Part shown: piece by piece, positions 1 to 11,999 of the stretch
How the letters are laid out: every line of letters begins with the position of its first letter
Position numbering within the stretch: the first letter of the stretch is position 1
Source of the DNA: Chiloscyllium plagiosum
Lineage: Eukaryota
DNA: 64,000 nucleotides
Assembly: GCF_004010195.1 (NCBI RefSeq)
Contig: NC_057718.1
Coordinates: 85,228,580 to 85,292,579, forward strand
Reading direction: 5' to 3'
Made by a program: the position numbers and the translations under genes
Notes under the pieces: model-generated
Database searches by the model: none
The model's input: the letters and a program-made list of their open reading frames with translations, nothing else
Told to the model about the DNA's origin: nothing

Positions 1-192
1 AAGAGCACAGCAGTTCAGGCAGCATCCAAGGAGCTTTGAAATCGACGTTTCGGGCAAAAGCCCTTTCCTGATGAAGGGCTTTTGCCCAAAACGTCGATTT
101 CGAAGCTCCTTGGATGCTGCCTGAACTGCTGTGCTCTTCCAGCACCACTAATCCAGAATCTGGTTTCCAGCATCTGCAGTCATTGTTTTTTA
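1..192. mobile_element. Fold-back (palindromic) PLE pseudo-LTR fragment, family 1, cut by the window edge
   Basis: Arms 1-65 and 74-138 are reverse complements with 2 mismatches. CTGATGA hammerhead core at 68-74 lies at the centre. Confidence 0.8.
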
Positions 193-946
193 ACTCTTAA
201 TGCTTCAATCAGATGTCATTGAGGGTCTCCCCCCTCAGCTTTCTCTGCTCCAAGGAAAATAAGAGTGTGGTGCTGGAAAAGCACAACAGGTCAGGCAGCA
301 TCCACGGAGCAGGAGAATCAAAGTTTTGGGCATAAGCCCTTCATCCAGAATGATGAGATATACACTCACGGAAAATCTGGCTATAACCTATATGCTAATA
401 CTGACTCACCTCTGAGAGAAAGTGGCAGAGAGAGAGAAAAAAACAATCTTTTTAAATCTATAGAAAGACTTTCCTAGCGATAGGAAATATCTTACTGATT
501 CTGGCATTTGAGTGAGTTGTGAAGAACTCTCACCAATCAGAAACATTGTACAGAATTTAATTCCTTAGTGCAGCAGAGGGTTGAATGGCTGGAGAGGGAA
601 TGGTTTGGAATGGGATGGGGAAGAACTCATTACTTTTGTAATTTCCTCCATAAGAAAGGTAGAGAATGGCCTTTCAGACTGGACTCTGATTAAGGGCCTA
701 ATGCTATCAGAAGTGGGTGTTCAGCCAGACAGTTGGGTGTCAAGTCATGTAGGAAAACTGGCAAGTAAACTTCAGCATGCATGGCTGCAAATGTCATTGG
801 CAGTCTCTCCTTCTCTGGCAGCTTGCACCCACTGGATGGTCCCAATGGAGGCAAAACATTCTCTTTGCCCTTTACAATAACCCCAATTCCCTTCTTTGAC
901 TCTCTCTTGTACAATAACCCCAGGGTCTCTCTGAGTGGCCCCAACA

Positions 947-977
947 ACCCCCCCCCCCCCCCCACACACACACACAT
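947..977. repeat. C-run plus (CA)n microsatellite
   Basis: Seen directly; a similar tract is at about 6762-6800. Confidence 0.85.
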
Positions 978-1138
978 GATCCACTTCCTAGGCCTCCGTA
1001 ATCATTCTTCAATTTTGTAATTTGTAAAACAATTTGAATTGAGAGAAGCTTTTTGCAATTCAAAACTTGTACAGCTTCTCCAGATAACCAAGCATAACAT
1101 TTGCTTACTGTTACCAACAGATTTAACAGCTCTAAAAC

Positions 1139-1264
1139 ATGATTTCAACATCACACAAGCACAAGAATTTTGTTTCTGAACCAATGGGGAACAAGTCAGT
1201 TTCTTCCTTGGCTGGTATTGGAACAACGCTTGGAAGAAAACTGGAAGAGCAAGGCTTTGATAAG
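1139..1264 (+). CDS. Barrier-to-autointegration factor family protein (BANF1/BANF2-like), coding exon 1
   Basis: ATG at 1139 translates [42 protein letters not shown], matching the BAF N-terminus (human [41 protein letters not shown]). Phase-0 GT donor at 1265. Absent from the ORF track because it is short and spliced. Confidence 0.95.
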
Positions 1265-2437
1265 GTAACAAACCAATAGAAGAATGCTGTATATGTATTG
1301 GAAATTAAATGTCTAAGAGATGCAGTGGAACTGAGTCTCTGTACTGGTTTAAAACTTGTTGCATCTCACTTTTTCAGTTTAGATGTAAGGTGTGCACAGT
1401 TGCCATATTCCTGGCCCTAAATGCCATTTCATGATAAACTTCAACCCTTCCAAATTCCCACAGCCTCCTCCCCAAACCAGGTCAACTGCTTTCTATTCAT
1501 TTTCTTAAATGGGGATCATCCAATCCTAAATATCCAGTACCAGCCTCAACTTGGCTGAATGTGTGTTTTCATTGAAGATAACTCCTCTGGTTCCACTCAC
1601 ATCTTCCATATAAAAGGTGTTCTTATGGAATCCCGACTTGCTCTGACTTTGTCTTTTTTTTGTGGGATACATAGATTATTCATTGCTTTAACTCTGCTCT
1701 CCTCCCTTCTTTTTCTGGCATATTAATGCATGTGTACCATCTAGTCTCCATCTGGAAATTCATCATCTTTGTCCTAGACTATCTCAGATTCTTTGCTTTC
1801 TGAACCTCTATCACTTCAGTGCATGGACTATTAACCACTGTTCATTGTAAGTGTACTGATTCCTATAGCTCCCTGTAAGAACGCTATTCCATACACTGTT
1901 TTGTATTGTCTCCACTGCTTCTGTTCTTACAGAGATACCCTCAACACCAATGCTTCTTTAGCGAAGAACTTCTCTCAACTGTGGTTGGCAGGGCACTCAA
2001 CCAAATCTATATCATTAATCCACACTTTTTCCCTCACCTCCAGCCCACCTTCCCAAAATCAACCTTTCATTCCACATTTAATGGATTATTGTATGCTATT
2101 TCTGTTTCTAACAGCATGATGCAATAATCAAATACATTTTCCTCTGACCTTTCAAAATTTGGCTTGATCCCTTTACTTGACCCACTCTTCCATCACCCTC
2201 AACACCCAACACCAGATTCCTTCTCATGTCGCATATGTCCTTTCAGTTTCTCTTTTCGCAGAGTACAGAACCCCAAACACTCCTTCCAGATGAAACAAGT
2301 GATTTACTTGTATAATACTTTCAATTTTATATACTGTGTTCGCCGGTCACTATGCATTCTTCTCTACAATGGTGAGATAAAGTGAAGATTAGATGATAGT
2401 TTTGCAGAATACCTTCAGTTTGCTAGATTCACCCTAG

Positions 2438-2620
2438 TTAAAAATCACACTACCCCAGGTTATAGTCCAACAGCTGTCTTACAATTGTGTACTCCACAAC
2501 CACCTGATGAAGGAGCAGCTCTCCGAAAGCTAGTACTTCCAGTTAAACCTATTGGACTATAACCTGATGTTGTGTGATTTTTAACTTTGTACACCCCAGT
2601 CCAACACTGGCATCTCCAAA
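2438..2620 (+). mobile_element. Short PLE pseudo-LTR fragment, family 2, with inverted arms
   Basis: About 2438-2473 is the reverse complement of about 2549-2586. Similar to 37125-37210, 39140-39270 and 63715-63800. Confidence 0.7.
2501..2535 (+). ncRNA. Minimal hammerhead ribozyme motif (family 2)
   Basis: cac-CTGATGA-a-ggagcagctctcc-GAAA-gcTA-gta. Intact core, GGAG/CTCC stem II, palindromic AGCT stem III. Confidence 0.7.
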
Positions 2621-3630
2621 TCAGAATCACCCTAGGCTCTGTAATTGAACAAACTCGACACAAAGTTACATAGGAAATATTAGGAAAGATGGTTAAAGGC
2701 TGGGTCAGAGAGGTAGATTGTCTTAATAGAAGAAAAGCGAGGCAGAGAGGTTTTAGGGAGGAAATTCCATAATTTAAAGCCAAATCAGCTAAATGTACAG
2801 TTACAGGAGCAATTAAAAGAGGGAATAGTTAAGAGGCCAGACTTGGAGGAGCACACAAATCTCAAAGAGCTATGGTTCAGGAGAGACTTACATCAATTCA
2901 GGTATTAATGGAGATAACTAAATCACTCCCAGGAGACAGGTTAGTCATTTAGAATGTATGATGAGGATGCATGCTTCTGATTGAAGTTTCATTTTCAACT
3001 TTAGTCTGAGCAGCTAAAGTTGAAAGGTAGAAGGTAGACGAGAACTATTGGGTCCAGTAGGCAAGCGTCTTTTCAGTCATTGGATTGATTTGGCTACCGT
3101 GTATCCATTCCCTCCTTTTTGATCAGATCCCAACCCCCAAAAGGCTATGATATTAATCTTTTCTGGAAGCTCTTCTCTCTAGAAAAGTGAAGATTGATTA
3201 TAGTGATTAAAATTTATGAGAGAGTTTATATATAGAGAATGGTTAAGATACGATAGAGAAAATGTTTCACTTGCAAGAACAAAACTGGGGACAGTAAATA
3301 TAAGTTATGACCAAATTAGGTTAGTGACTAATAATGTGGAGGCACAAGGAATAGTAAACTGAATAGAATAGATTCATTTAAAGCTAGATTGCGGATTGGA
3401 ATTTATGAAGATAGGTGGAAGGACTGTGAGCACTGTCATATTCCTGTTGGGCTTGTTTCTGTGTCGTAAATGCACAAAACCGTTCTGGAAAGAGCACTTC
3501 ATGATGTGAGTGTTAAGTGCAATTTGCTGTGCCAGTAATTGATAAACATTGGTATTTGTTTGGCAGACACTAAGTCCTCTATAAATCAAACGTTCATGTA
3601 CTTACTGAAAAAAATATTTTCTCTTTTTAG

Positions 3631-3777
3631 GCATATGTATTATTAGGCCAATTTCTCGTTTTGAAAAAGGATGATGAATTGTTTAAAGATTGGTTGAAAG
3701 ACATCTGTGGGGCCAACACGAAACAAGCTGGACAGTGTGCCACCTGTTTACAAGAATGGTGCAATGCCTTCCTGTAG
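3631..3777 (+). CDS. BAF family protein, coding exon 2 (to stop)
   Basis: Polypyrimidine tract plus AG at 3629-3630, then [51 protein letters not shown]. In frame with exon 1, giving 90 aa. Confidence 0.95.
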   Translation, partial: AYVLLGQFLVLKKDDELFKDWLKDICGANTKQAGQCATCLQEWCNAFL

Positions 3778-3816
3778 CTAACACTTTTATCTAAAGCATC
3801 TAGCTTAATTGTTCAA

Positions 3817-3822
3817 ATTAAA
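3817..3822 (+). promoter_or_regulatory. Candidate polyadenylation signal (ATTAAA) of the BAF gene
   Basis: ATTAAA 40 nt after the stop codon; position only, no transcript support. Confidence 0.35.
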
Positions 3823-3981
3823 TAAGTGTTGCAGAATAACATCTGTTTTCCCATGCTTGCCTAAACATGTGAAGCTTATGTTAAATGTATGTGAATTCCA
3901 CAACTTTAAAATCCTGTTGAAAATAATTGTTTTATAGTTTAATTGATTTTACATGTAATGTTAATCTTTGATGCAGGCTGC

Positions 3982-4518
3982 AATGTAAATGGTTCTCCTA
4001 TAATGCTGTAGTTATGTTCCAGTGAAACCTCACTCCAGTGAAAATCCCTTAATAGAAATAATGGGGCCTGTGGGTAAATTGGTGTTAGGGTCAGACCAGC
4101 AAAAAATATCACTAACAATTGCTCAAGAATCACCCAAAATTCTAATGCAAAGTATAACACAGCCTGAATGAAGGTTGAAATCATATTTATTAACGAAACA
4201 AGGGTAAATTTAACACAGTACATTTAAAAAGCGCAAGAAAACTGCTCTCTGCACATTACCTCTCCCAGAAAGCTGCTCTGTCAGCATTTGACATCGGTAT
4301 TTGCGCAGAATGGCATGAAGACCAGCATGGATATCATGCATGCGCAGAATGGCATGGAAATTTCGGCTCATGCACAGAGCAAACTGCACAAATCGATCCG
4401 GCTGGAATCGCGCTATTACCAACAGAGGTAAAAGCATTCTCCAAAATACCATTCCCTAATTCTTCAGCAGTGTTATTGCCAAATCGCACTGCTGAAACGT
4501 TATCCCAGAACTACCTGT
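3982..4518. mobile_element. Degenerate pogo/Tigger-like MITE
   Basis: 4402-4518 is similar to 57238-57358 and ends cagaactacctg-TA. Left boundary uncertain. Confidence 0.45.
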
Positions 4519-5356
4519 AAATGGTTATGGTCAAACTTAATGTGTTCCCTTCCTTTTACAAGAAGGCAAAAAGCTTAGTACGAAACAATGCACAAAACTA
4601 GTAATGTTAAACAAAAATCAAAGGAAAAGTTAGATATCAAATGAACTTTTGTTTTCTAATGTAAAGAATTGATTTTTGAACGCCATAAATGTATTTTTAA
4701 ATGTTTACAGACAGAATTCTTACTCTACAAGAAGCTGACACAAGAGGTTTAAATTTTTTTGAATTTCATCCGAGCTTCACATCTAACATTAAGGTTTCCC
4801 AAATCATTGGTTTATAAAGGAGTCTACTGAGCCAAGATTGTTACACCAATTTGAATTTGTCTAAAGATGTGTGTATCATATTCAAGAATTCTGCACTCTG
4901 TATTTTTGCTGATATAGCATATTACCATCTGTTCATGTTTACTGATTAAAGGGGTTTGTTGCAGTAATTGTGTTGTCTTTATGAAATTAGGCTACTGAAT
5001 CTCTAGGTCGGCGTTTAGGTGCTCTGGAATGATTCCTCAAAAAATGTCAGTGGTTACATCGACACTATTTTGAACTGTTTTATATATTTGCTAGTAGGAT
5101 GTAGACATCACTGAAAACACTTGCATTTGTTGTGCATCACTAATTGCAACTGAGTTAAAATAGTTGGTAAAACACTGCCACAGTCCTTTGCTTCACATGT
5201 AAAAAATCCAGCAAGGTCAAAGTCTGAACTTCATCCTTTTCATGTGCACTAACTACATTGAATGCTGAAGTGAAGAAATCATTTTATGTAAATGCATCGG
5301 TCCACAGTCTTGATAGTAATAGAAAGTAAATAAAGGGGAAAAGTAATGTTTCTACC

Positions 5357-6060
5357 TGTTACGAAGATGTAGGTGTACTATACCTTTTAAGAGAGTTAAA
5401 AGCTAGCAGAACTACCTGACAGCTTCAAGTGTTCTGAACAAGATATAATGTAACATGTGGTTCAGTAGCTAGGGTAGCTGGTTGCCTGGAGACAAAAACA
5501 GATTTGAATTAGGCCAATCAGTTTAAATTAAACCCCAAAAAATACAAACTCCAATCAAGTTTGAATTGAGTATACTGACAATCTTAAAACCCAATGATAC
5601 AATCCGATGCTTTGGGGATATAAGATGGGGAAAATTGAACAGTTGGGAGGAGAACTGCCACAAGAACAACAGATGTAGACTGCTAGTCAGAATTGTTTGA
5701 GAGGAACCTGTCTAGAGAAGGAATTTGCACAGAGAAAGGCATCAACATCAACCTGGAGAGCAAATCTGCAAAGAGAAGATTCAACAGCTGGCTGGTTTTG
5801 AAATTTGAATTTTTCAGTAAATCTTAATCGGGAGTTTTATTGAACTAGCATTATAGAAGAGAAAGTAAAAGATAGGTTAGAGGAAGGAGTTGTAAATAGT
5901 TGTTAGTTAATTATTCTCTGTTATACTTTAAGAAATAAAGTTGTTAATTTTTACTTTAAATAGTTCTTGGCCTCTCGAATTTTCACAGATTACTGCACGA
6001 GATTATTCTTCTATGTTGCTGGTTTAAATTAAGCAGGAGAGTTTGCCTCGTGCCGTAACA
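5357..6060 (+). mobile_element. Solo LTR (704 bp)
   Basis: TGTTACG...CGTAACA inverted termini, perfect 5-bp TSD CTACC (5352-5356 and 6061-6065), three CCAAT boxes, TATAA at 5619, AATAAA at 5934. Confidence 0.88.
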
Positions 6061-6349
6061 CTACCACTTAAAGGCCAATAATTCTACCCATTAGAAGGAG
6101 CATAAAAACATTTGATCATTAAAATCAAATATTTTACAAGTGTTGTAATTATATGATTCCATGTCACAAAAATACAAACATTTTCTTCACAGCCACTTTC
6201 ATCCTACGAAAGGAACAAATTTCTAAGGATATTAGAGAATTGCAACAATTTGAGAGGAATTACAATGGAGGTGTGGAGATCTTTAAAAAATTTTAATGCG
6301 GTCTCCCTTACATTGTGGAAACGAAGTGTAGACTGGGTGACTTTTTTAC

Positions 6350-6945
6350 AGAAGACCTACATTCTATCCACAAAAAAAGACCCTGAGCTTTGAGTTGCCT
6401 GCCACTTCAACACTCCACCCTGTTCCATGACCAATATCTGTCTCAGGCTTGCTGCAGTGTTCCAGCAAAGTTCAGCACAAGCTGGAAGAACAATGCTTTT
6501 TCTGTTTGCGGACCCTGCAGCCTTCTGGACTCAATATCGAGTTCAATAACTTTAGAACTTGAACTGTCCTATGTTCTTGCCCCCTACCTCCACATACCAG
6601 GCTTTGTTATCACATAGTCTGCTATTACACACAACCCATTGTTAGCCATTAACAGTCATCATTAATAACTATTCATCCTTCTAGTCAGATCGTTATCCAC
6701 CCTTTTGTCTGCCCAACTGTTCTCTCTTTAGGCTTTCCCTATTGTTTACTCCATAAACCCGCCCCCCCCCCACCCACCCACACACACACACACACACACA
6801 AACAATCTTCTGCATATAAACCAACATTTTCCTAGCTACTATCAGTTCTGAGGAAAGGTCCCTGGACCCTAAATCTTAATTCTGATTTCTGTCCACCGAT
6901 GCTGCCAGACCTGCTGAGCTTTTCCAGAATTTTCTGTTTTGGTTT
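6350..6945 (+). mobile_element. Degenerate PLE 3' end (family 3)
   Basis: Decayed GIY-YIG C-terminal coding sequence followed by a decayed hammerhead (ctgagga...cctaaatctt, about 6848-6877) and the gatgctgccagacctgctgag tail. Confidence 0.6.
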
Positions 6946-7939
6946 AACTTTGTTGTTAGGCAAACTTAATTTGTCCAGTAACAGGAAATAGCTTAGTGGG
7001 TAAACTGGAGTAAGGTTCATAATGGAGTTCTCTGGGGGTTAATTGTTTAGAGCCGTGTTCTTTCTGCTATCTAGTAATGAGTTAGCCTTTGGGTCACAGG
7101 ACACAATTTTAATAATTGTGAATGAGGACTTTAAAGGCACATGGATGGTTTGTGGATTAGAAAAGTGGCATATGAGATTCATTTTAATAGGAAGAATGCA
7201 AAGAGATGATGGAATAAAAAGGGTACAATTCTAAAGGGATTGTCAGGACAGAATGACCTGGGTTGAACAATGCATAGTCATTGAAGATGGTAAATAGGTT
7301 GAGGGCATAGTTAATAAAGTATATAGCATCCTGGAATTTATCAAGATGCATGGTGTACAAAAGCAATTAAGTTATATTACACCTTTATAAAATACTGGTT
7401 TAGCCTCAAAACAAGAAGTATACCTAGTTCTGGGCACACATTTAAGAAAGAATGAGAAAGCTTTAGAGAGGGTGTAGTAATTAAATTTTTTATCATAGAA
7501 CCAGTTATATAGAAAGATGGAGAATTTGGGACTCTTAGGAAAGACTGGGGCAATTTGAATAGATTAAGAATATCAGGAGTGATCTGGACATAATAGGGAA
7601 AAACTACACTCTGTCATGGAAGAATCAGAGGGCACACATTGAAAGTAGTTGGTAAAAGCAACAGTGACACCAGGAAAATATTTTTGATGGAGAGTAATTA
7701 GGATCTGGAATGCACTGCCATGACAGCACAGTGGAGGCACAGTCAGTTGAGGCTTTCAAAATCACTGTCTGGAAAGGAAACAATTGCAGGGCTATGCAAA
7801 AAAAGGCAGGCAAATGGCATTAGGTAAATTTTTCCATCAGAATGCTAGTAAGGATGTGACAGTTTGAATGGTCTCCACCTGTGCTGTAATAATGCTAGGA
7901 TTGTGCTACAGCCATTCAAAAGATGTTATTTCAAAACTT

Positions 7940-8245
7940 GATTAGATTAGATTCCCTACAGTGTAGAAACAGGCCCTTCAGCCCAACCAGTCCACACCGA
8001 CCCTCCAAAGAGTAACCCGCCCAGCCCCATTTCCCTCTGACTAATGCATCTAGCACTAAGGGGCAATTTAACATGGCAATTCACCTGGCCTGCACATCTT
8101 TGGACAGAGAGGAAACTGGAGAACACTGAGGAAACCCACACAGACAACGTGCAAACTCCATACAGACAGACACCCGAGGCTGGAATTGAACCTGGGACCC
8201 TGGTCCTGTGAGGCAGCAGTGCTAACCACTGAGCCACCGTGCTAC
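7940..8245 (-). mobile_element. HE1-type tRNA-derived SINE
   Basis: Minus strand begins gcacggtggctcagtggttagcactgctgcctcacag (A box) ... gggtccaggttcaattcc (B box) and ends in a (ctaat)n tail. Confidence 0.85.
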
Positions 8246-10217
8246 CCAAATGACAAATACGCAATAGTACACTGAAGAAAATATTACGTTCCCTTAGTGC
8301 TGATTAGATTTTGGCTGTTCAACATATGAAAAAAATTAAAATAAGTAAATTCTGAGGTCTGTCAGACTCCATACATTGGAGTGTATTTTGGAATCAAACC
8401 CTTATCAAGCAATTGAAGTGTTTATATTCAACAGTGGTAAATATTTATAAGTAAGCTGTTCATGGCCAGCCAAAACTTCTTTGTAATGATGGTCGCTGTC
8501 TAATACTTAAAACTATTTTCATACGTTATACACAGGATTTTTAAATGGTCATATTCCAAATAATGAAATATTAACTTGAAGGTAACTGGACCTGAAACAT
8601 TAACTCTGATTTCTCTCCACACCTGCTGCCAGACCTGCTAAGTTTTTCCAGTAATTTGTTTTTGCTTCTTATTTCCAATAACTGCAGTTCTTTTGAAATT
8701 TTTGTTTATGCTGAAATATGTTTAGTCCCATGAAGATACAGTAGATGCAAATATAGAACTATTGATATCTTTTTATAAAACACATTAACCAGGAAATTGG
8801 AATGAAAAGCGGAGAGTGAGTCTGCAATGTGAAGATGGGAAAGGAAAACAGAATACCTGTATAAATAGCTTGGTCTTACAGTAGCTGTAGTAACACTGAT
8901 TCACAAACAGCAGTTCTAGTTCTATACCAAGTAGAGCAAATTAGATTAAATGCAATGAGGATTAGTTTTCTCTCAATATGATTACACAGTGCAGGTGTAT
9001 CACCTGAGATTTTGTATTTACTGAAGGTAATGGAGGGAATTATTTAAAAAACTTAGAATTAAGGGTAGTACGTTTATAGTTCAATGTGATACTCCCCTAC
9101 AAGCTTCATGTCTAAGTGTTGGGAAATATTTGGTAGTTTTAAATACATAATCATCTGTTTACAGCATGTGATATTTAGAAAGTTGTAATGAATGCAACTT
9201 AGAACCAACATTATAACCCAAATTTTGCTGGAATGAACACCATATGCAGTGCCCCACGAGACTTCTAGGTGTGCCCACCAGCTTGATTTTATTTTCTATA
9301 ATTTGACCATAGCAGAATCTTATGGTCACTGGGTTTGAGTTAACAGGTTGGGAGTCTGTAACAATAATCAGGTGACTCACTTGCCCCAATTTTACACGAA
9401 GTAGGAGGATTTGAAGGATTATTGTGCAATTAAAGATTGCTTCCCTGTCCAGCCTTGTTGTGAGGGGGTCATGGCTCTCCCTCAAAGGTTATTTTCTTTC
9501 CTCTCACAAGATACCTACCATCAAGGTCTGGCCTGCACATGGAATCCTTTCTCTGACTTCACCAAACAAGATGCTGTCAGTCCAAAAATATATTTTACCT
9601 TCCACACAACTGATCAATTGAGCTTGTTTCACTGTGATAGCTATCATTATCCTTTGATTGTTCATTGTAGAGCACAGACTGTACTCAACTGGCCCATGCT
9701 TGCAAAACCCAAGCTTAAGATATATCAAAACCCAAGCTTAAGATAAGATATATCAAGCTTGATTCTGCAATTGGACCTCAATTGCTAAATAATACTGTGA
9801 GCCAAAAGCTAGGCTAACAACTTATTTAACAATCAGTCAAGCTCATTAATGTGGCTGAGTTACACTTATTAGAAATGAAATTCACAGGGACCCATTCTCT
9901 GCAAACAAAAGTATATTCAACCGTCTTGCTTTCTTTGATCCTTGTAAGTTTTTTTTGATGGCAACAATTCAATCAATCAACTTGATAACAAATCAGCAGC
10001 ATCATTTTCTGTCATAGAAGTTGATTGTTTGAAATTGGTACATTTGTACAAGGTGAAAGAAAAATTCAAGTGTACTCTAAATTATTTGTACATAATCGTC
10101 TTTGTCTTTTTCCTTCCTAATTGACAGTCACGGATCAACAGTGCTTTCAGTAAAATGGACAGGAGGCAGTTTATTCCTTTGCGAAGGTTGAGGGGTCTTT
10201 GGAAAAAGTACAGAAGG

Positions 10218-10565
10218 TTCAAAGTTTGTACGAAGATTTGTAGCTCGGGTGCTCGTTGCTGTGGTTCTGTTCGCCGAGCTGGAAGTTTTTGTTGCAAACG
10301 TTTTGTCCCCTGGCTAGGCGACATCATCAGTGCTTGGGAGCCTCCTGCGAAGCGCTTCTTTGATGTTTCCTCCGGAAGTGGCAGAGACAGACCACTATGA
10401 ACACCGGAGAGACAACCGGAAGTGGCAGGGACAGACCACTATAAACACCGGAGGAAACATCAAAGAAGCGCTTCGCAGGAGGCTCCCAAGCACTTATGAT
10501 GTCGCCTAGCCAGGGGACGAAACGTTTGCAATAAAAACTTCCAGCTCGGTGAACGGAACCACAGC
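10218..10565. mobile_element. Fold-back PLE pseudo-LTR element, family 4, with 13-bp TSD
   Basis: Arms about 10256-10375 and 10448-10567 are near-perfect reverse complements. Direct repeat AAAGTACAGAAGG at 10205-10217 and 10566-10578. Confidence 0.85.
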
Positions 10566-10845
10566 AAAGTACAGAAGGCACTAGAAAATTTCAAGGATTA
10601 CAGTTATGGATAGAGGAGAGAAAAGGCTGTTTTCCTGAAAACAGAATTACTAACATGAGACATGATACAGAAGTTTAAATCAATGACCAGTTTACACTAG
10701 TAAAATTGCTTTTAATTTAGAGAAAAGCTGAAGGGTAGAAAACCAAAGGTCACAGATTTAAGGTGATGGAAAAGTAATCAGACTGGATGAGAAAAATAAA
10801 ATTTAAATAAGTTTAGATCTTTTAAAAAGAATTGGGGGGGGGGGA

Positions 10846-11484
10846 AATGTAGCATTGTTAATTAGAGAGTGGATCACAGCTGCAGAAAAGGTTGTTGAGG
10901 AGGGTTTTACTAAGTCACTTTATGGGTGTTTTCTATAGACCCCCAATAGCAGCAGAGAAATGGAAGAACAGATCGGACAGCAGATCTTGGAAAGGTGTAG
11001 ATGTTAGAGTTTTTGGTATGGGTGACTTCAACTTCCCCAATATTAATTGGAACCTCAGCTCAGATGGTCTGGATGGAACAGACTTATCAGGTGTCCCCAG
11101 AAGGGATTCCTGACTCAATATGTAGAGGCTGACTAGGGGGAGGCCATAATTGGATTTAATGCTAGGCAACCAAGTCAGGTCGAGTGTTAGATCTCTTGGT
11201 GGGAGAACATTTTGGTGACAGGTACAACTGCCTCACCTTTATCATAGTCATGGAGAGGGATAGAAGCATACAGTATGGGAAGGTATTTAATTGGGGTAGG
11301 GGAAATTACACTGCTATTAGGAGCTATGGAGTTAAATTGGGAACAACTGTTCTACAGGAAAGGCACAACAGAAATGTGAAGGCTAAGTGTTTGATAACTT
11401 TGTTCCACTGAGCCAGGTGGTAAGGTTTCATTAACAGGGGGATTGAGTTTAAGAGCTACAAGGTTTTGCTGCAACTCTATAAAA
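10846..11484 (+). mobile_element. CR1 LINE remnant (endonuclease region plus a deleted 3' part), continuing at 14756
   Basis: GVFYRPP, MGDFNFPNINW and VGEHFGD motifs in broken frames. Confidence 0.85.
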
Positions 11485-11996
11485 GTCAAAGTGTTGTACT
11501 GGAAAATGATAGCCAGTCAGGCAGCATCCAAGGAGTAGGAGAGTCTATGTTCCGAACATGAGCTCTTCATCAGGAAGGTGGGGGTCCCATGGGGGCAGAG
11601 AGATAAATGGGAGGGTGAGAGGCTGGAATGAAGGTAGCTGGGAATGCGATAGGTAGATGAAGGTGTTGGGGGATGTGGTATGGTGATAGATGGGAAGGAA
11701 TATAGGCAGGACAGTTCAAGAGGGCGACGCTGAATTGGAGGGTTGGATCTGGGATAAGGTGGATGGAGAGGAGATGAGGAAACTGCGACATTGATCTCGT
11801 GTTTGGAGGGTCCCAAGATGAGGCGTTCTTTCACCAGGCATCAGGTGATTAGAGATGGTGGTGGAGGTGGCCCAGGACTTGCATGTCCTTGGTGGAGTAG
11901 GAGGGGGAATTGAAGTGTTCGTCCACAGGTCGGTGAGGTTGTTTAGTGAGTGTCCCAGAGATGTTCTCCGAAATGTTTGACAAGTTGGCATCCTGT
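11485..11996 (-). mobile_element. PLE 3' fragment (GIY-YIG end plus pseudo-LTR), interrupted by a CR1; resumes about 14682-14745
   Basis: Minus-strand remnants ..HLGTLQT.. and a decayed CTGATGA hammerhead near 11540-11575. Confidence 0.75.
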
Positions 11997-11999
11997 TGG

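Noticed and set aside
7940..8245. tRNA genes at SINE heads
   Set aside because: A/B boxes are present but continue into SINE body and tail; no full cloverleaf.
9700..9760. Short tandem duplication aaaacccaagcttaagata
   Set aside because: Two to three imperfect units, consistent with local slippage; not an array.
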